From NCBI RefSeq assembly GCF_001194135.2, contig NC_068989.1, forward strand, positions 34,100,551 to 34,152,155: a stretch of DNA of 51,605 nt, read 5' to 3'. The first letter of the stretch is position 1. The number at the start of each line of letters is the position of its first letter. The notes under the pieces were generated by a model. It saw nothing but the letters and a program-made list of their open reading frames with translations, searched no databases and was not told the origin of the DNA. The stretch comes from Octopus bimaculoides (lineage: Eukaryota). The translations under genes were made by a program, and so were the position numbers. Positions 49,591 through 51,605 of this stretch are shown here, piece after piece.

Positions 49591-49689
49591 AGAATCACCA
49601 ACAAACCAAATAAGGCTTTTCCTCCAGACTCCGCAAATATAAAAAAAAAACACATTCATTATTGGAGATAGGGGAGAGAGACCATTGAC

Positions 49690-50260
49690 ATCCATTGTCT
49701 AGGTAAGTGTCTTTCCTCAATTGATGACCAAATATGAACACTTAACCTGACCAAACTCTGTTCATATGCTCTATAAGAATATTGTGGCCAACCCAAATTG
49801 TCTCTTACTGTCATGAATTTATCAGAACATAACTTAAGATCATCAGCAGGAAAGGTGTGTGTGACTTTTTTCTCTCCTTGGCAGATCCTAACTTGTAGCC
49901 CTTACATATCACTTGTAGGGTTGACAAGTTCAGTGCAAGAATGAACCTTAGTAAAGGCAAGCTTTCCTATTGATATACTAATTTTGTTTGTGAGAATAGT
50001 AGTTGCTTCAATTCTTAGTGGATAATGATGTAGTCAGTCTTTTAATAGCATCCACCATAGCAAATGGAGATTTGACAAGTTTTGTCTCCTGTATGTGCAA
50101 GCAAGGAACAAATGCATTTCCATAGTTGTGTAGTCAGTTAACTTAAGTGATGCTGCTTCACTTCTTTAAGGACTGCTCTATTGAGGAAGAACTGCTTGAC
50201 ACAGCTCTAGAACACTTTCTTTCTGCTTGCTCATCAGTCACTGCATCATTTGTTTTGCAA
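49690..50260 (-). mobile_element. RTE endonuclease/linker remnant
   Basis: Minus: RKCSRAVSSS/VLELC region and KTDYIII (SQIDYIL-like); heavily decayed. Confidence 0.4.
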
Positions 50261-50479
50261 TGATCTTTGAGAAACACAAGTGATTACAGTGAGTACTAAT
50301 GAACATGTGCCAAAGAATTCTTGAAAAATTAAATTATGCTTGCAATAAAAAATACTAAGGAAACTCAGAAGTTAGGCATTCATATCTCATTGGGGTTTTG
50401 GAAAAAACTGTCTCCTAATAGAGTTAAGGAAGACTATATTATAAAAGAAAAACAGCCTCAGCAATAGTGTTGTACGAAT

Positions 50480-50800
50480 GATGCAGGAAGTGAGGTTTGA
50501 AGAAGTTGGGACAGGTGATATTCAGAAGTTATTGCATCATGATATTGAAATATTCAGGAGTTAACAGAGCTGAGGAGAAAAACTTCCATGCAGAATTTGA
50601 TGGAGAAAGATGGACTGTAGAATGGTTTATGGAAGGGAGAGACCCTGGTATTGAAGAATGCAATGAGAGTATGTTGAAGCAGGAAGTAAAAGCTAAATTT
50701 GAAAAGGTAGAAAAAGGATAGTGGAGGGCATTCTTGTACCATGCAGAGAAAAAGTGAAAACTGGGTGCTGACATTGATGGTGGTCGCTTAACCAAAAATG
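50480..50800 (+). mobile_element. Probable LTR-retrotransposon pol fragment
   Basis: EKNFHAEFDGERWTVEWF..VKAKFEKVEK..GILVP resembles the pre-RT region of some Gypsy-like pols (recalled, unverified). Confidence 0.35.
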
Positions 50801-50929
50801 AATAAGATCAAACCTTATAAGAGAAAATAAATAATTTTGTTCCGTTTGGTCCTAGTAGTCTGAATGACAGAACCAATCTGACTGACAAAGAATTTTGAAA
50901 GGTCTTTTATAACATATGGTCTGATAACA

Positions 50930-51278
50930 ATATGAACAAAATATAATACAATACACAGATAAACACATGGAATTAAATAACTACATACGTTAACAAAATT
51001 AAATCAAATACAAAAAAAAGTAGGTATAAACACATGAACAAATTAAACGAACATGTATAAACGGGATACAGATAATACAGGCACTCCCCATACACACTCA
51101 TGCACTTACTAAATATAGACAAACATAGAGGGATACGCATGTGCAAATATAGACACATACAAAATAAAAATGGCTGATCGTTAGTAAGGAGGGACACACA
51201 AATAAGTAAGAAGAAAGCAAAGGACCACTGATGAGGTCACAGAAGTGTGACGAAAGAACTCTGGCCGAAATATGATTA
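50930..51278 (+). mobile_element. Probable solo Penelope pseudo-LTR
   Basis: Strongly A/C-skewed non-coding tract ending in a minimal hammerhead motif. Confidence 0.5.
51225..51264 (+). ncRNA. Minimal type I hammerhead ribozyme-like motif
   Basis: CCA-CTGATGA-G-GTCACA(GAAG)TGTGAC-GAAA-GAAC-TC-TGG: both core boxes, a 6-bp stem II, a 3-bp stem I and an NUH triplet CTC. Confidence 0.72.
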
Positions 51279-51279
51279 A

Positions 51280-51605
51280 TCTATATATATAAAAATGAGA
51301 ATGTGTGTCTGTCTGTCTGTGTGTGTGAATCTCTAAAACTCGAGAACTACGCAACCAATTTCATTCAAATTTTACACATGCCTTACTTAGGGTTCCAGTT
51401 GTGTTTTAGTCAAAAAAAATTATTAACTTCTTGCAGAGTTCGAGCACATGGCAACATAATATCTCCACTATTTAAGTATTACGTGTCAAAAGTGAAACAA
51501 AAACACTCATGTCAAATACTTTCACTTTAAAAATGAAACTATTCCACTAACTGAAACAATCACATTTCGATACTGTAGTGACAGATACTTTCACAGAGAG
51601 AGAAT
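51280..51605 (+). mobile_element. Helitron-like element 5' end
   Basis: A|TCTATATATATAAAAATGAGAATGTGTGTCTGTCTGTCTG, a typical Helitron 5' terminus with an adjacent microsatellite; runs off the window. Confidence 0.7.

Noticed and set aside
50200-50245. Other CTGANGA hits (here on minus; also 6868, 8899 and 15275)
   Set aside because: No stem II followed by GAAA and NUH in the right geometry.

Overview
AT-rich, repeat-dense eukaryotic DNA with three N gaps. The SINE types and CDIC/CEIC C2H2 arrays suggest a coleoid cephalopod, probably Octopus (inference, no database search). The window is a C2H2 zinc-finger (ZNF) cluster with no KRAB, SCAN or BTB domain in the visible ORFs. It holds one intact 22-finger gene (minus, 7023-8966), one intact 14-finger gene (plus, ATG 44400-45716) and a roughly 20-finger pseudogene (plus, ~27640-31870) split mid-finger by a nested hAT+mariner insertion. 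Most of the rest is transposon-derived: four Tc1/mariner-type elements, a Gypsy element with both LTRs, Helitron pieces, Tx1/RTE/CR1-like LINEs, Penelope-like remnants, SINEs and MITEs. The best leads are a Penelope-type minimal hammerhead ribozyme motif (51225-51264), a foldback mariner made of two fused 5' halves, a ~96% identical foldback MITE with TTAGGG repeats in the likely ZNF intron, and an inverted pair of TTAA-flanked piggyBac-like MITEs. All alignments and identities were judged by eye.
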